DNA of 64,000 bases from Rubrobacteraceae bacterium (GCA_965213905.1 OZ243922.1:2226230-2290229), one strand, 5' to 3'; numbered from the stretch's first letter, positions 55,393-64,000 are shown. Notes: generated by a model not told the origin, from the letters alone. Made by a program: numbers and translations.

Positions 55393-55706
55393 AACTCACC
55401 CTCGACGGCAAAATGCGGGATAGTGTAACCTCAAAGACCAGGCGACAAAAACCGGAGGTGCTAGTGGAAGACGAGGGTGGCGGCAGGCCGCAGGAACTTA
55501 GGGAAGACGCGCCGCAGGTCTCCGAGTTTCTAGGGCGTGGAAAGTTCGTACTGGTAGCCGCCCGCACCGGCACGGATCTGATGGGCTACGTTTGTGGCCG
55601 CGACGACGCCGGCTTGCTCCTGGACGTTAGACACCAGAGCGGAGACCACGCCAGCTACGAGTTCCTACCCTGGGCCAGCATAGAACGGGTGAGTACGGAA
55701 GAGTAA
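55380..55706 (+). CDS. hypothetical protein
   Basis: 108-aa ORF overlapping the previous gene by 13 nt. The C-terminal half is beta-rich (GKFVLVAARTGTDLMGYV...LLLDV). Confidence 0.4.
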   Translation: MDPLKLTLDGKMRDSVTSKTRRQKPEVLVEDEGGGRPQELREDAPQVSEFLGRGKFVLVAARTGTDLMGYVCGRDDAGLLLDVRHQSGDHASYEFLPWASIERVSTEE

Positions 55707-55732
55707 ACCTGGTTTCTCCTGCTCAGGGTGCC

Positions 55733-56869
55733 TTAAAGTACGCCCGCTAACACCTCGAACAGTTGATCCACGTCTTCTTCCGTGTTGTAGAGGTGGGGTG
55801 AGACGCGCACGCTTTCGCCCCGCACGCTGACGAAGACGTTCTCCGCGGCGAGCCGGGCTGCGAGGTCTCGTGGGGCGTCGGGGCCGAGGTGCAGGCCGGT
55901 CATGTGGCGCGCCCGCCGGCCGGCCGGAACCGAGCCGATACCATGCCCCGCCGCTTTTTGCTCCACGAGGTTTGTTAGCCGGCCGGCGGTCTCGGAGATG
56001 TTCTCGATGCCCCAGTCCAGTACCTGCTGCATCGCGGCGTTCGCCATCGGGAGCAGGACGAAGTTGCTCCGCTCTCCCACGTCGTAGCGCCGGGCCCCGG
56101 GCTGAAACCCGTCCCGGTACTCTACGAGGCTGGCGAAGTCCTCGCTGTGTTCGCGCAAGATCCAGTTGTGCTCTATCGGGTTGCCCTCCCAATGCTTTTC
56201 GTCCACGTACATAAAGCCCAGGCTGTAAGGCCCGAGCAGCCACTTGTACCCGGCGCAGACCATGAAATCCGGCTTTATCCGCGTCACGTCCAATGGATGC
56301 GCCCCGAGTGACTGGGTGGCGTCAACGACGAGCGCCGCCCCGAGTTCGCGGGCACGTTCTCCCACACGAACCAGGTCTACCAGCGAGCCGTCCGTCCAGT
56401 GGCAGTTCGGGAGGGCGAGAAGGGCCGTGCGCCCGTCCAATTCCTCCAGGATGGCGGAAATCCAGTCGTGGTCGGCGGGACGTGGGATCGCGACGAGTTC
56501 CGCGCCCCGGTCTCTTGCCAGCTCGCGCCAGGGGTAAACGTTGGACGGGAACTGCTCGTCGAGGACGAGTATGCGTTGTCCCTCTTCTACGGACACGTTC
56601 GCGGCGGCGACGGACATACCATAGCTGACGGAGGGGATTATCGCGATGCTGTCCGCCTCCGCGCCGCAGATCCCGGCGAACCTCTCGCGGGCTTTTTCGG
56701 AATCCATAAAGAAGTCTTTCGGCGTCACTTTCCAGGGGTGGGATTTTAAGTTGAGAGACTTTTCTCCGGCTTCACGCACGCCGTGCAGTTGCGGCGACAT
56801 GTAGGCGCAGTTGAGGTAGCAGATCTCTTCCGGCACGTCGAAGAGATCTCGCTGGTGCGGGAGTATCAT
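55733..56869 (-). CDS. class V-fold PLP-dependent aminotransferase
   Basis: ATG 56869 overlaps the crtD-like stop (ATGA). ICYLNCAYMSPQ and CAGYKWLLGPYSLGFMYV (PLP lysine context). The track extension to 57079 is a shadow frame. Confidence 0.8.
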   Translation of the reverse strand: MILPHQRDLFDVPEEICYLNCAYMSPQLHGVREAGEKSLNLKSHPWKVTPKDFFMDSEKARERFAGICGAEADSIAIIPSVSYGMSVAAANVSVEEGQRILVLDEQFPSNVYPWRELARDRGAELVAIPRPADHDWISAILEELDGRTALLALPNCHWTDGSLVDLVRVGERARELGAALVVDATQSLGAHPLDVTRIKPDFMVCAGYKWLLGPYSLGFMYVDEKHWEGNPIEHNWILREHSEDFASLVEYRDGFQPGARRYDVGERSNFVLLPMANAAMQQVLDWGIENISETAGRLTNLVEQKAAGHGIGSVPAGRRARHMTGLHLGPDAPRDLAARLAAENVFVSVRGESVRVSPHLYNTEEDVDQLFEVLAGVL

Positions 56870-58299
56870 CTCGAAGGCCTTCCTATTTTGTCGAGCAGCC
56901 GGTTCACGGAGATCATGGCCCCGCCCAACACGGCCGGTATGCCGCCGCCGGGGTGGACCGACGCACCGACCCGCCACAGCCAGGGCCTCTTCCGGTCGGA
57001 GTACCGGGGCCGGTGAAACGGGCCGCTCCGCCAGAACGGCCGCGCCGCGCCGTAGAGCGCCCCACCCGCGCCGCCCCACGCGCCGAAGTACCGGGGATGG
57101 AATACCTCGTACTCCTCGAAATAGTCGGTGGCGGGCCGTGGAAGGCCGATCTTCCGCGAGACGCGGCCGACCTCCTTCTCCACGAAATCGTCGGATATTA
57201 CGTATTCCCTCCCGTTCGGCGGGGCCGTGAGCAGTAGTGCCAGGGTGGCCTTACCGTTCGGGTACACTTCGCCGGGCCGGTAGTAGTTGGCGAAGGCCAT
57301 CGTCTCCGCCGGTTCGATCCCGGCTTCCAGGCTCCGGTGCAGGGAATCCGGCTTTGTAGGCAAGACGACGGAGTGTTGGGGGATCTCCAACTCCTCCCGG
57401 AGGGCCGCGTAGATCGCGACCCCCGAGCAAGAGAGTTTCGGGGTTTTTTGCTTCTTCCTGGGCTCCAAGAGCTCGTCCAGGTGCGTGGCGTCCAGGCCGC
57501 TGACTACGATGTCGGTCTCGTATTCGCCGGCGGGGGTCCTGACCCTGCCCGGCTTTATCTCCTCTACCGGTTCACCGCTTTTTACCTCGACCCCGGCGTG
57601 GCGGGCGAGCCTTTCGAGGGCGAGCACGGTTTCGTAGATACCGCCCTCCGGGGCCCAAACGCCTTCGGCGGCCATGATCGCGGGCATGCTGGCGTACAGT
57701 GCCGGGGTCCGGTCGGGGCTGACGCCCGCGTTGAGCGTGTGGATGGCGATGATTTCCCTCAAACCGTCCGGCAGCCACGAGAGGCCGTCGAGGTAGCCGC
57801 GCGTGGTGAGTTTGGTCCCATAAGTGCGGAGCAAGCGCCCTAGCGCGGGGAGCGTCCGCCGGTCGAGTGGGTCCGCCGTCAAAAGTTCCGCAACCTCCGG
57901 CCCGAGACCGCCGTGAACCCGCGTAAAACGTTCCCAGGCCTCGTGCCAGGGATGACCCTCCGCCACCGGCAGGGAGACCTTATCACCCCGGTAGTGGTAA
58001 GCCCCGACCTCTTGCATCCGCCGGAGTTCGAGCCCGGAAACTTCCGCCGCCACTGCGTCTTTGCCGGGCGCGTCCCAGCGCCGGAGTAGCTCCCGCCAGA
58101 CGCCGGGGAAAGTGAAGAGCGAGGGGCCGGTGTCTATTCTTTGTCCGGAGAGCTGTATGCGCCGGCTCTTGCCGCCGAGGTAAGAGTTGCCCTCCAGCAG
58201 CGTTACGCGGTGCCCGGCGCGTCCGACCAGGGCCGCCGCCGCGAGTCCGCCGAGTCCGCCGCCCACCACGACCACGCGCTTTGTGCGCTTCGCGCTCAC
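56866..58299 (-). CDS. crtD: phytoene desaturase-family FAD oxidoreductase (carotenoid 3,4-desaturase CrtD-like)
   Basis: VVVVGGGLGGLAAAALVGRAGHRVTLLEGNSYLGGK, about 477 aa. The CrtD call rests on operon context with lyeJ/cruF-like genes. Confidence 0.7.
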   Translation of the reverse strand: MSAKRTKRVVVVGGGLGGLAAAALVGRAGHRVTLLEGNSYLGGKSRRIQLSGQRIDTGPSLFTFPGVWRELLRRWDAPGKDAVAAEVSGLELRRMQEVGAYHYRGDKVSLPVAEGHPWHEAWERFTRVHGGLGPEVAELLTADPLDRRTLPALGRLLRTYGTKLTTRGYLDGLSWLPDGLREIIAIHTLNAGVSPDRTPALYASMPAIMAAEGVWAPEGGIYETVLALERLARHAGVEVKSGEPVEEIKPGRVRTPAGEYETDIVVSGLDATHLDELLEPRKKQKTPKLSCSGVAIYAALREELEIPQHSVVLPTKPDSLHRSLEAGIEPAETMAFANYYRPGEVYPNGKATLALLLTAPPNGREYVISDDFVEKEVGRVSRKIGLPRPATDYFEEYEVFHPRYFGAWGGAGGALYGAARPFWRSGPFHRPRYSDRKRPWLWRVGASVHPGGGIPAVLGGAMISVNRLLDKIGRPSR

Positions 58300-59195
58300 G
58301 GGTACGCCCCGATGCTCAAGGCGGCCACGAGTTGCACCCCGGCGACCGTGCCGGCCACGTAGGGGAAGGCGATAGAGTACGGGTAGAGCTGGTGTCCGGT
58401 GTGGGGCCGGGGGTCACGGTAGAGGCTGGACAGAAGAAAGCCGGCTATCGTGGCGTTCACCGCGGCGACGGGCAGGTTAACGAGCACGAACCCGGCCGTC
58501 GCAAGAACCCACCAGAACCCGCTCCACAACACGACGCCCCGGGCCCCGAGACGCACCGCGGTCGTGTCTATCCCGGCCTGACGATCCTCCTTTATATCCT
58601 GCACGGCGTCGAAGGTGTGCTTCGCCGCGCTCCAGGCCATGAGACCCGCGGCGGCGGGCCACACCACGGGCTCCGAGAACGCCAGCGGCACGAAGACCAG
58701 CGGGAAGGCGTAGGCCGCGTTGCTCAAGGAATCGAGGTACGGTCGGGCCTTGAAGCGGAGCGGCGGCGCCGAGTAGCCGACGAACAGCACCGCGTAGAGC
58801 AGCATCCACCCGAGGGCCGAGAAAGGCACGAAGAACGAGAAATATACGAGGAACGGCAGGTTCGTGAAAAGGATGGCCTGCCAGATCCTCCGCACCTCCC
58901 CCGGGTGGATGCGGGCGCCTTCGAGGGAGCCCTTGCGGGGGTTCTTTGCGTCGGTCTCCTGGTCGAAAATGTCGTTGGTGCCGTATATGAGCAGGTTGAA
59001 CGGCAGCGTAAGCCAGAGCAGTATCGGCAGCGCGGCCCACTGCCAGAGGTGTCCCGAAAGCCAGATCCCGACCACGGCGGGGCCGGCGGTGTTAACCCAG
59101 AGCACCGGCCGCGAGATGTGAAAGAGCCGTGAGAGCACGAAGCTAATATACCAGCCTCCAACCCCGAAGCTGAGATAACATACACGGGTGTTCAA
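58296..59195 (-). CDS. lyeJ: UbiA-family prenyltransferase (lycopene elongase/hydratase LyeJ-like)
   Basis: NDIFDQETD and DAVQDIKEDRQAGIDT Asp-rich motifs, 8-9 TM helices. 4-bp overlap with the crtD-like gene. Confidence 0.65.
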   Translation of the reverse strand: MNTRVCYLSFGVGGWYISFVLSRLFHISRPVLWVNTAGPAVVGIWLSGHLWQWAALPILLWLTLPFNLLIYGTNDIFDQETDAKNPRKGSLEGARIHPGEVRRIWQAILFTNLPFLVYFSFFVPFSALGWMLLYAVLFVGYSAPPLRFKARPYLDSLSNAAYAFPLVFVPLAFSEPVVWPAAAGLMAWSAAKHTFDAVQDIKEDRQAGIDTTAVRLGARGVVLWSGFWWVLATAGFVLVNLPVAAVNATIAGFLLSSLYRDPRPHTGHQLYPYSIAFPYVAGTVAGVQLVAALSIGAYP

Positions 59196-59985
59196 GCAAA
59201 CGTCGGGCCGGGATTACGAGCTTTCTCATCCGCTCCTCTTGCGGGCCTGCGCCGTGTTTTTCGTGATTTCTTTCTTTCCCGTCTACCTGCCGAACTTCCC
59301 CGGCTCCGGCGTGGCCTCTTACCTGGCGCCTTTTCTCATAGCCCTGCCCGCGTTCTTGGCGCTCTTCGGCTATCTCGGGCCCCGGCGGGCCGTGGTCTCC
59401 CTGCTCGCGGTCTCCGCTTTTGCTTTTTTTATAGAAACCACCGGCGTCGTCACCAGCTTGCCCTACGGACCCTTCGAGTACGGAGACGTATTGGGGCCGA
59501 AGGTCTTGGGCGTCGTACCTTATATGCTCCCGGTTACCTACGTGCCGCTCGTGGTCGGGGCTTTCGCGGCCGTCTGGAACCCGCGACGCCCCAAAACCTC
59601 CATTTTCGGGGCCGCCCTGCTACTGACCCTCGTGGACGGGATTCTGGACCCGGGCGCGGTCTCTTTGGGATTCTGGGTCTGGGCCGGGGGTGGAATCTAC
59701 TACGGGGTGCCTTTGAGCAACTACGTCGGGTGGCTGATCTCCAGCATCCTGGCCGCGGCTATCTTGCGCCGCGCCGGCCGTTGGACCGCGCCGCCGCACC
59801 CCGGCTTGCTCGACAGCGCCATTCTGGCCGTCGCCTTTTGGACGGGCGTCGCCGCGTTCTCGCTGCTTCCCGTCCCCACCGCGCTCGGCGCGGGCCTGTT
59901 CGTGTACTTGCTGCGCCGCCGTTCCAAACGCTCCGAAGAAAAGCCCGGTTTCGTGTCCGGCGGTATAAACGGCGGTATAAACTAA
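59188..59985 (+). CDS. cruF: carotenoid biosynthesis membrane protein (bisanhydrobacterioruberin hydratase CruF-like)
   Basis: ETTGVVTSLPYGPFEYGDVLGPKVLGVVP and YYGVPLSNYVGW pattern of the CruF/DUF422 family. Divergent from the lyeJ-like gene. Confidence 0.65.
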   Translation: MFKQTSGRDYELSHPLLLRACAVFFVISFFPVYLPNFPGSGVASYLAPFLIALPAFLALFGYLGPRRAVVSLLAVSAFAFFIETTGVVTSLPYGPFEYGDVLGPKVLGVVPYMLPVTYVPLVVGAFAAVWNPRRPKTSIFGAALLLTLVDGILDPGAVSLGFWVWAGGGIYYGVPLSNYVGWLISSILAAAILRRAGRWTAPPHPGLLDSAILAVAFWTGVAAFSLLPVPTALGAGLFVYLLRRRSKRSEEKPGFVSGGINGGIN

Positions 59986-59988
59986 GAG

Positions 59989-61191
59989 ATGGTCAGTATG
60001 ACGACTCGGATGAAGTGGGTAACGGCGGTATCGCGGAGCACCTCCATCGAGGAGGCCCTGATGGAGTGCTCCGAGAACGTCCGCGACCGGCTCGGCCCCG
60101 GGTCTGTGGACCTGGCTTTTCTTTTCGTGACCCCGCAGTTCGCCGCTTACTACCCGCAGATCCCGAATTTAGTGGCGCGTTACCTGGGACCGGAGACCTT
60201 CGTGGGGTGTTCGGGGGGAGGTGTGATCGGCGGCGGAGAAGAGGTAGAACGGTCTCCGGCCGTTACGCTCGTCGCGGCCCGTCTGCCGGGGGTTAGTGTA
60301 GAGCCGTTGCGCGTGGAAGGTGAGCTGCCGGACCTGGACGGCCCCCCGGACGCCTGGGAACAACTCGTCGGCGCGCGTCCCGAAGAGGCGCCGCAGTTCG
60401 TGCTACTCGTGGACCCGTTCAGCGTAAAAACCGGTTCTTTGCTCGCCGGGCTCGACTACGCCTTTCCGGGGGCGCCCAAGATCGGGGGGCTCGCCAGTGG
60501 CGGAACCTCTCCCGGAACCAACGTCTTATTCTCGAACGACGCGGTGTTTACCGGGGGCGCCGTCGGCCTCGTCCTGGGTGGCAACGTCGCCATAGACACG
60601 GTCGTGGCCCAGGGGTGCCGGCCCATCGGGGAGACGATGCAGGTGACTTCCTGTAAAGGCAACTTTCTATACGAGCTCGACGGCGAACCGGCACTGCGGG
60701 TTCTTCAGGAACTCGTCTCGGAGTTGGATGAAAGAGACCAGAAACTAGCCCGTACCGCTTTATTCGTGGGGGTGCTAATGGACGAATTCCGCGAAGAGCA
60801 GCAGGTGGGAGACTTCCTGATCCGGAACCTCGTGGGCGTGGACCCGGAGGGCGGCGCCATAGCCGTTGGTGAGAACCTGCAAGAAGGAATGCGGCTCCGC
60901 TTCCACGTCCGCGACGCCGAAACCTCCGCCGAAGACCTGCACGCCATGCTAACCGGGTACAGCGAAGCCGTCACAGACCGCGAAACCGTCGCGGGGGCGC
61001 TCCTATTCTCCTGCCTGGGCCGGGGAGAGAACCTCTACGGGGAACCCAACTTCGACACCGGCGCACTAAAAAAACACTTCGGCGATCTGCCGGTTGGCGG
61101 CTTTTTCTGCAACGGAGAGATCGGGCCTGTCGGCGGCTCGACGTTCCTGCACGGCTACACTTCGTCTTTTGGGTTTTTCCGTCCCGCGTAG
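59989..61191 (+). CDS. FIST N/C-domain sensory protein
   Basis: Typical FIST layout: DLAFLFVTPQF..., GCSGGGVIG..., C-terminal GFFCNGEIGP. Confidence 0.8.
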   Translation: MVSMTTRMKWVTAVSRSTSIEEALMECSENVRDRLGPGSVDLAFLFVTPQFAAYYPQIPNLVARYLGPETFVGCSGGGVIGGGEEVERSPAVTLVAARLPGVSVEPLRVEGELPDLDGPPDAWEQLVGARPEEAPQFVLLVDPFSVKTGSLLAGLDYAFPGAPKIGGLASGGTSPGTNVLFSNDAVFTGGAVGLVLGGNVAIDTVVAQGCRPIGETMQVTSCKGNFLYELDGEPALRVLQELVSELDERDQKLARTALFVGVLMDEFREEQQVGDFLIRNLVGVDPEGGAIAVGENLQEGMRLRFHVRDAETSAEDLHAMLTGYSEAVTDRETVAGALLFSCLGRGENLYGEPNFDTGALKKHFGDLPVGGFFCNGEIGPVGGSTFLHGYTSSFGFFRPA

Positions 61192-61249
61192 CGTTTTCGC
61201 AAACTCTATTAAAATTTTGTTAAAAAAAGCTTCCAATGGTGAATCCACT

Positions 61250-61507
61250 ATGCTATATAAGGCTCGACGGACGAGCTACGGAAGGAACTGGATGATCCGC
61301 GAGCGTGTGCCGGGTAAAACGGAGATTTCTCGGGAGAGCAAAGCGTATCGGGACGGCTGGGAGGACGGTCGCTTCGGGACCTCGGAGGCGCTCACCTCCA
61401 ACACCAACCTTTCTGCGTGCAACGAGTCCGAGCGGCTCGCCTACTATCGGGGGCACCGGGAAGGCCGGGGGGTAAGGGAGATGCTCCGGGGTAGTTTTCG
61501 CGCCTGA
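61250..61507 (+). CDS. small basic hypothetical protein (weak RMF-like pattern)
   Basis: The ATG follows an AT-rich stretch. 85 aa. AYRDGWEDGRFG ... C ... ERLAYYRGHREGR loosely recalls the ribosome modulation factor motif. Confidence 0.35.
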   Translation: MLYKARRTSYGRNWMIRERVPGKTEISRESKAYRDGWEDGRFGTSEALTSNTNLSACNESERLAYYRGHREGRGVREMLRGSFRA

Positions 61508-61924
61508 GGATGAAACCGTAAAACCATAAGAACGTAATTACAATTCGGTGTTATCGACTTTTAGCTGTTCTGCTGTTCTCAATCCAGCGTTGGTTGGAAC
61601 TGTTCCCGTTTGGCGACCCCGTTTTCTTGACCTGGATCCGGGACAAAATACCTACAGCGCGCACGAGCTATCTTTTTTACACTGCTGGTAGGTGATCCGG
61701 CGCCCGCGTGGGGTGATGGGTGGGAAAGGGAAAGGAAGGAGTACGCGGACGCCGGGACCAAATAAATATCCCAGCGGCCCGAGAAAGTCAAGGGGTGCGG
61801 GCACACCAAACCCCTGATCAGCCTTCACGCCACCTCCGAGTTTGAGGCTCCCAAACGGTAGCTTCCGGAAAACCTCGCACGCAACTTCCCCAAAGAATTT
61901 TTTCGAGAAAAACTCGCCCAAAGC

Positions 61925-61961
61925 TTGACGGTCCTACATATATGTGTAAACTGCACATATA
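61925..61961 (+). promoter_or_regulatory. promoter TTGACG-N16-TAAACT with an 8-bp inverted repeat bracketing the -10
   Basis: TTGACG 61925-61930 and TAAACT 61947-61952. Inverted repeat TATATGTG (61939-61946) / CACATATA (61954-61961). Confidence 0.5.
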
Positions 61962-61993
61962 AGAGTCAGCAACCGCTACGGAGGTAAACAGAG

Positions 61994-62329
61994 ATGATGG
62001 CCAACACCGAGAAGGCTAATAAGGCTGTAGAGAATATGGCACAGGTAACCAAGAACTCTTACCAGACGGTCATAGATCACACGATCGCCCTACAGGAGCG
62101 TAACGTTCGCTTTGCCCAGGGTGTCGCGGATAACTCCATCAAAGAGGTGCGCCAGCAGGCCGAGAGCAACCGGGCCATGACCCAAGAGCTCGTCGAGCGG
62201 GCCGAAAAGCAGCGCGACGCTTTCCAGACGATGGTCGAAGAAGGCGTAAACGCCTACATGGATCTGGCCTACGCCCCGCTTTCCTACTACAAAGAAGGCC
62301 TCGAGTACGCCAAGAAGGCCACCAAGTAA
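61994..62329 (+). CDS. helical hypothetical protein (phasin-like)
   Basis: 111 aa, all-helical, rich in Q/E/A. GGAGG RBS and a strong terminator downstream. Confidence 0.6.
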   Translation: MMANTEKANKAVENMAQVTKNSYQTVIDHTIALQERNVRFAQGVADNSIKEVRQQAESNRAMTQELVERAEKQRDAFQTMVEEGVNAYMDLAYAPLSYYKEGLEYAKKATK

Positions 62330-62365
62330 CTAACTTTCGCCCGGAGGGGGACTCAAGCGAAAGTG

Positions 62366-62393
62366 GGCCGGGCCGAAAGGCCCGGCCTTTCTC
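62366..62393 (+). terminator. rho-independent terminator
   Basis: GGCCGGGCC-GAAA-GGCCCGGCC followed by TTTCTC. Confidence 0.8.
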
Positions 62394-62494
62394 ATGCCTA
62401 AAAAGCGTTTACAAATCGAGCGGCAAGAGACGAAAGACACGCCCTTGTGGGCCTCGAAGCGTTCCGCCTTTGCTGCCAACTGCTATGGGTCACA

Positions 62495-62905
62495 TCACTC
62501 ACTATACTCAACAGTACCGTCTGAGCTGTCAAGCGTTGCGGTGCCACCAGCTTCGCAGTTAGTGGTTATCGAGTAGCCGTCATTATTGCCGGTTGCCGTT
62601 ACGGTCGTGACGTTGCCTTCGGTTTGGTTGAAGCCGTTATCTGTCAGGTCGTCCAGGCTAATGCCTTCGTAGTCGCCGTCTGTAGACGCGCCGTAGCTGG
62701 TGGCTGCGGTTCCGGCGTTTCTAGTGTCGCTTTCGCAAGCCGCTATCTGGGCTCTATCTCTTTGCGCCAGAAAAGTCGGGATGGCGATAGCCGCAAGTAT
62801 TCCTATTATGATCACCACGACCAGCAGTTCGATGAGGGTAAATCCTCGTTCCGATCTCTTTGTCTCTCGAAGGTGATTTAGTCTCTTTGTAAAAAATCGA
62901 AGCAT
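62495..62905 (-). CDS. type IV pilin-like protein (prepilin N-terminal cleavage/methylation domain)
   Basis: Class III signal ...SERG/FTLIELLVVVIIIGILAAIAIPTF. AT-richer than its neighbours. Confidence 0.8.
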   Translation of the reverse strand: MLRFFTKRLNHLRETKRSERGFTLIELLVVVIIIGILAAIAIPTFLAQRDRAQIAACESDTRNAGTAATSYGASTDGDYEGISLDDLTDNGFNQTEGNVTTVTATGNNDGYSITTNCEAGGTATLDSSDGTVEYSE

Positions 62906-62935
62906 CTAGTTTCCTTTCCCCAGTTCTGCCCAGTA

Positions 62936-64000
62936 CTATAGCCGTCCGGAGCGGATGATGCCAACGAGGAGTGCGACGCCCAGTACGGCGGCGAAGACGA
63001 AACCCACGAGGCCAAAGACGCTAACCCCGAGCAGGGTGGCCCCGGTCTGGGAGAAGATGCCGAGCATGGAGGAACCTACTATGAGCGCGGCTATGAGTAG
63101 GGCGAAGACGAGCCGGTTGGCGAGGATGTCTACCTTGGAGATCAACTCGTCCAACCCCCCGTGCCGGAAGCGTACTTCCACCTCGCCGTCTTTGAGCTCG
63201 TTTAGCAGGGCGTGGAGTTGGCGCGGGTAGTCCGCGTAGGTGTCGGGTTGGGCGAGGCGGCGGACGGTGCGGGTGGCGACGTAGGCCGGGTCCCGGAAGC
63301 GGGCGATAGCTGCCTCCGCCCCCTGGGCTGCCGCGAGGGTGCCTAGGTGCTGTGGTTTATCGGGGGTCTGGCCGAGTTTCTCCGAGGCCACGAGCGACTG
63401 GAACATCTGGGTGATCTCCGTCGGGAGCTTCGTGCCGCCCCGGCGGGCGGCTTCGAGGCTTTGGCCCCGGATCCCCTCCAGCGAGTGTTCCCGCCAGAGT
63501 GGGCCTCCTAGAGAGCCTATAGTCTCGCGCAACTCACGCCGGAGGTCGCCCGGGTCTTTCGGCGACACCGCCCCGATCAGGGGCAGGGTGCGTACTACGC
63601 CTTCTACCTCACCACGTCTCACGGCGGCCAAGGCTTCGGCCACGCCCCGTAGCCGCTCGGGGTCGAGCGCGAAGACCTCCGTCGGGTCCGAGAACCACAC
63701 CCCGTCGCCGGCGGTCACGAAGCGTTCGGGACCGGGGTCCGCGAAGAAGATGCCTTCTTGGAGCACCAGCCGGACGAGTTCGTCAGAGGCCCCGCGATAC
63801 TGAACGCCCTCCAGCGGCCCCGGCTCGGCGGGCGCTTCCAGGGTTATGCAGCGGCCCGTCGAATAATCCCGGTAGACCTCCGGGATTCGCAGGGCGAGGC
63901 TCCCGTTGTCACCCAGCCGCCGCATAGTCTGGGCGGCGAAGTGCATGTCCCGGCGCTGGGCGACGTGGGCGGCGAACTCCGCCGTCATCTCCGAGGGATC
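62936..64000 (-). CDS. ABC1/UbiB-family atypical kinase (5' end beyond window)
   Basis: The frame stays open to position 64000. RIPEVYRDYSTGRCITLE is the ABC1 pattern, and two C-terminal TM helices are present. Confidence 0.7.
   Translation of the reverse strand, partial: DPSEMTAEFAAHVAQRRDMHFAAQTMRRLGDNGSLALRIPEVYRDYSTGRCITLEAPAEPGPLEGVQYRGASDELVRLVLQEGIFFADPGPERFVTAGDGVWFSDPTEVFALDPERLRGVAEALAAVRRGEVEGVVRTLPLIGAVSPKDPGDLRRELRETIGSLGGPLWREHSLEGIRGQSLEAARRGGTKLPTEITQMFQSLVASEKLGQTPDKPQHLGTLAAAQGAEAAIARFRDPAYVATRTVRRLAQPDTYADYPRQLHALLNELKDGEVEVRFRHGGLDELISKVDILANRLVFALLIAALIVGSSMLGIFSQTGATLLGVSVFGLVGFVFAAVLGVALLVGIIRSGRL

Noticed and set aside
58281-59185. 283-aa plus-strand and 187/153-aa minus-strand ORFs over the UbiA prenyltransferase gene
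   Set aside because: These are Arg/Gly/Pro-rich shadow frames. The 58296-59195 minus frame carries both Asp-rich prenyltransferase motifs and TM helices.
1-64000. CRISPR arrays, rRNA genes, IS elements/transposases, prophage structural genes
   Set aside because: I saw no regularly spaced direct repeats, no rRNA-like sequence, no transposase or integrase motifs and no capsid or terminase-like ORFs in either strand.

Overview
Gene-dense, high-GC (about two-thirds G+C by eye, not computed) bacterial chromosome segment. It carries actinobacterial-type housekeeping genes: yidC, an EF-G paralogue, surE, a class A PBP, the principal sigma factor, murE, pyrE/pyrF, HU, trxA, groES, murJ, dtd and ispH. 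It also carries sugar/compatible-solute genes (a GT81 glucosyl/mannosyl-3-phosphoglycerate synthase, a class I PMI, two PfkB kinases) and four tRNAs (Pro-CGG, Arg-CCG, Ala-CGC, Val-CAC). A C50-carotenoid (bacterioruberin-type crtD-lyeJ-cruF) cluster is present. Together with an L-Lys-type MurE motif, this suggests a Rubrobacter-like lineage (inference only). The main accessory feature is a 5.5-kb islet without an integrase, inserted in the 3' half of tRNA-Val. It has perfect 44-bp att repeats and TTGCAGTA arm-type repeats at both ends. It encodes a minimal nucleotidyltransferase/HTH pair, an Xis-like HTH, a RES-Xre toxin-antitoxin pair, an orphan UPF0175 gene, an EEP-family nuclease and an HNH_2 (type IV restriction-like) nuclease. 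This is the best candidate for an undescribed addiction/defence module. A second, decayed duplication of the tRNA-Arg 3' half brackets a 1-kb remnant encoding an Excalibur/LPXTG surface protein. I saw no CRISPR array, rRNA, transposase or integrase. Several ORF-track starts look wrong: conserved N-terminal motifs lie upstream of the first canonical start, or N-terminal extensions are spurious. Many long ORFs in the track are antisense or shadow frames typical of GC-rich DNA. All family assignments come from motif recognition by eye; no database search was run.
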